DNA of 35,035 bases from Nemertoderma westbladi (Eukaryota; Animalia; Xenacoelomorpha), in assembly GCA_032718475.1 (NCBI GenBank), contig JAUCBJ010005531.1, forward strand, positions 1 to 35,035. Reading direction: 5' to 3'. This document shows positions 32,368-35,035 of the stretch, in pieces. Positions within the stretch are counted from its first letter, which is position 1. Each line of letters opens with the position of its first letter. A model generated the notes under the pieces. The model was not told the DNA's origin. It worked only from the letters and a program-made list of their open reading frames with translations, and did no database searches. The position numbers and the translations under genes were made by a program.

Positions 32368-34992
32368 TTACAGCTCAGAATGTGGAGGAACTTCCTTCAC
32401 GGTTTCCTTAACTTCCTTTACAGTATCAGAAGTAACAACGGCTTCCATCGTATCGTCAACAGCCTCCTTATCATCCCCAAGGGAAGGAGGGAAGTTGGCC
32501 TTGTATTTATCGAGGAAATTATATGGCGGGACTTTGGGGGGCCAATGGGCTCCGTGTAGATGGGAGACTTCGGGAATCCGGCTAAGGAAACAATCGTTAG
32601 CGAATGCGATCAACTGCGCTACGTCGGGGGAACCTGTTAGTAACCCTGAGTAGGAGTAAACCTTACCGCTAGACCGGTCTATGTATACAACCGAAGGAAG
32701 TTTCCATTCCTTTAAGATATTACGCAAGATATTTCTTTCCGCGGAGAATTCAGCATCTTTGTTTACGTAGAGCCACGCGATCAGGTAGTTGGATACGGCG
32801 TTGTGTAGGGAATTAGTTTCGGAGAAAGCCTCCCGTATGGCGGTCTGAAACGGGTCCTCGACATCGTCGGTAAACAGGAGTAACAGCGGTTTATTGAGAC
32901 GGAGAAACCCCGGGAGATTGGAGGCGGTTAGCCGCGGGAACTGGGTCAATCGAGCCATTGAGACCCAATCGAGTATACCAACGACGTCCTGTTGTCCGGG
33001 ATATCGGACCTGCGGTTCGATTACATCGGAGAGTTTCAAGAGAGATAACCCGACAGGGTTCGAACTCGGGATGTCTACGTCGGTGTCTATGTGCTGCACA
33101 CACGGGATAATGCCTCGCAACTCGCGGCAAACTCGTGGAAACCAATCCAGGTCGGCGGTTTTACTCGGCGCGGACGAATAAACAACGAGAATCTCATTGA
33201 TTTTTACTGATAGGAAATATTTTAGTAACTTCTGCAACTCGTTATCGCTGGTTGTTTGTGTTATTAACTCTCGGTTGTGTAGCAACCAGGATCTCCTAAG
33301 GGAGCCAACTCTCAGTTCGCCCGAGTAGTTCCTTACGAATCGGCCGTAACGGAAGATTTTGATTGTTGGATATTCCAGAACGCCGTAGCGGCTGCAAAGG
33401 TCCGGCCAATCGCTACAGGAGGCGATGTAGTAGGAGTGGGGGGTGTTAGTGGGTGTCTGGGTGGGTGTGTTGGGTGGGTTATTGGGTGTCTGGGTGGGTG
33501 GGTTAGTGGGTGTCTGGGTGGGTGGGTTAGTGGGTCCCACAGGATCCTCGGTGGGTGGGTTAACGGGTCTCTTGGTGGGTCTATTGGAGGGTTCCTCGGT
33601 GAGGGTGGTGGGTGGGTTAGCGGGTCTCTGGGTGTCTGTATCGGATGAATCCCCAAAGGTCACCGACTCTAAGGAAGGAATATCGACGCCTTCGGCTCTC
33701 AGGGTTAGAATCGCAGTCCCGTAGGAAACCGCGTCGAAAGTAACGAAGAATGTAACGAACGCGAGCGGGATCTCCCGGAGAGTGGAATTAAAGTTACCCG
33801 AGGTCAACCAAGGGATCTTGGGATCCCGCAATAAGTTGTATTTATTCCCGTAAGTGTTCCGATACTTAGTAACCGCTTCGTATATCTCGTCATCCTGATC
33901 CATTTGAGGATCCATTGTGACGTTGTGCTTCTTATCTTCGGAATCGTCCAGTCGACCGGCTTTCTCTAACGCTTTATGCTGGACTTTCTTCGATTTCTCA
34001 GTGAATATTTCGCTACAGGCGTCTATAATAGAATCAGTTCCGAAATCGTCGTCAGATAAAACTTTGTTGTTGTTTATTGTCGCCGTTTTAACCGCTGATT
34101 TAACCGCCACACGTTGGACTTTCACGCAGACCTCCGCGCGGAATCTCTTCTCAACGTTGAAGGCAATAGTTTCCGCGTCAGAATAAAATTCCTTAGAGAC
34201 TTCCAACCGAATAGGAAGCAACTCCATAGTGTTGCAACCGTGGCCGCGTCTCAGTTTGGCTAGATGATCCAACCAGCGAATCACGTAGAAGGGCAGCGGA
34301 TAGCCATGGAAACGCCGGACTACATTGCAATCCCAATAGCATTCCAACACCAAAACGGCCTGAGATTCATTAACTTTCTCCTCATCCGTATTAATTATAT
34401 CCGGGTTGCTAATGACTCCGATACGTTTAACGTCGGGGTCGTTAAAGAACGCGACTTCCATTAAACACCGATGCTCGAATGACCCCAGAGCGTTGTAGTA
34501 GATCAACATTAGGTCGATACTCCGTGAGTGACACATCATCTTGAGTCGACGAAGTTCCGCTGTGCTCCGAACGTGGCTGAATCTACCCCGGTGCGATAGA
34601 TCGGTATGTAGCGAGCGAGCAATAATAGCAGACACATCGAACATTGTGTCGATTGCGTAAGATTCTTCCACAATGTCATCTCTAGTTGCATAAACTCGAG
34701 TTTCAACATCAACCTCTTTACATTTAGAAACATCACTAGGCTTAGATGATTTGCAGTTGATAACCTCAACATTGATATTGAAACCACGCAATATCCCCAT
34801 AGAGTGATTCAATGCTATAACAAACTCTGTGTGGTTCACGGAAGCTATAGCTGGTGTTTCGCCCTTATCAAAATACCTTAAATTAAGGTTATTTATCGAA
34901 TTTATTTCTTTATCAGCTTTACCAGGAGTGCCAAAAGTGAAGATAAGAAGAAGGACAAATACAATGCGGATATAATGTGTACCGGTATCCAT
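32368..34992 (-). CDS. TXNDC16: Thioredoxin domain-containing protein 16-like (ERp90), single exon, 874 aa
   Basis: ATG at 34992 is followed by a signal-like stretch YIRIVFVLLLIFTFG. Thioredoxin-like segments lack CxxC: FFVTFDAVS, CSDWPDLCSRYGVLEYPTIKIFR, FPRLTASNLPGFLRLNKPLLLLF and WPPKVPPYNFL. These resemble my recollection of vertebrate TXNDC16. The C-terminus is the KDEL-like HSEL. Confidence 0.82.
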   Translation of the reverse strand: MDTGTHYIRIVFVLLLIFTFGTPGKADKEINSINNLNLRYFDKGETPAIASVNHTEFVIALNHSMGILRGFNINVEVINCKSSKPSDVSKCKEVDVETRVYATRDDIVEESYAIDTMFDVSAIIARSLHTDLSHRGRFSHVRSTAELRRLKMMCHSRSIDLMLIYYNALGSFEHRCLMEVAFFNDPDVKRIGVISNPDIINTDEEKVNESQAVLVLECYWDCNVVRRFHGYPLPFYVIRWLDHLAKLRRGHGCNTMELLPIRLEVSKEFYSDAETIAFNVEKRFRAEVCVKVQRVAVKSAVKTATINNNKVLSDDDFGTDSIIDACSEIFTEKSKKVQHKALEKAGRLDDSEDKKHNVTMDPQMDQDDEIYEAVTKYRNTYGNKYNLLRDPKIPWLTSGNFNSTLREIPLAFVTFFVTFDAVSYGTAILTLRAEGVDIPSLESVTFGDSSDTDTQRPANPPTTLTEEPSNRPTKRPVNPPTEDPVGPTNPPTQTPTNPPTQTPNNPPNTPTQTPTNTPHSYYIASCSDWPDLCSRYGVLEYPTIKIFRYGRFVRNYSGELRVGSLRRSWLLHNRELITQTTSDNELQKLLKYFLSVKINEILVVYSSAPSKTADLDWFPRVCRELRGIIPCVQHIDTDVDIPSSNPVGLSLLKLSDVIEPQVRYPGQQDVVGILDWVSMARLTQFPRLTASNLPGFLRLNKPLLLLFTDDVEDPFQTAIREAFSETNSLHNAVSNYLIAWLYVNKDAEFSAERNILRNILKEWKLPSVVYIDRSSGKVYSYSGLLTGSPDVAQLIAFANDCFLSRIPEVSHLHGAHWPPKVPPYNFLDKYKANFPPSLGDDKEAVDDTMEAVVTSDTVKEVKETVKEVPPHSEL
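33436..33640 (-). repeat. Coding Pro/Thr/Asn-rich repeat (PTNPPTQT-like) within the TXNDC16-like gene
   Basis: About 24-nt degenerate units encoding ANPPTTLTEEPSNRPTKRPVNPPTEDPVGPTNPPTQTPTNPPTQTPNNPPNTPTQTPTNTP. Confidence 0.9.
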
Positions 34993-35035
34993 GATTGTCA
35001 AATGTAAAAAAGTATTAATGAAAAGCACAGACAGT

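Noticed and set aside
32891-34787. Short overlapping and antisense ORFs within the TXNDC16-like gene
   Set aside because: They are shadow frames of a GC-richer CDS and its Pro/Thr repeat.
34993-35028. N-terminal extension MLFINTFLHLTI in the ORF track
   Set aside because: It starts at a non-ATG codon; the first ATG (34992) gives a proper signal peptide.

Overview
AT-rich eukaryotic (invertebrate animal-type) genomic DNA with spliceosomal introns. It holds two convergent protein-coding genes. (1) On +, a multi-exon gene spans about 24 kb (3376-27417; its 5' end was not identified). It encodes an acidic protein of seven tandem ShKT (ShK-toxin-like, 6-Cys) domains, joined entirely by phase-1 GT-AG introns and including a 21-nt single-Cys microexon. 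The ORF track shows only fragments of it. (2) On -, an intronless 874-aa TXNDC16/ERp90-like ER thioredoxin-fold gene (32368-34992) carries a Pro/Thr-rich insert and ends in HSEL. The ShKT introns contain a 6.5-kb 34-bp satellite, a three-level nest (RTE-type LINE endonuclease region, interrupted by a Mag-like Ty3/Gypsy element, whose LTR carries another LINE 3' end), a decayed hAT transposon and a hairpin minisatellite. Immediately before one ShKT exon is a 50-bp tandem array that appears to be built from an ShKT-exon 3' splice site plus its first codons, i.e. a run of decoy acceptors that would lead to a stop. A Mutator-like foldback element with a 9-bp TSD lies upstream. A LINE with a five-fold repeated 3' end, MITEs and a SINE-like relic lie between the two genes.
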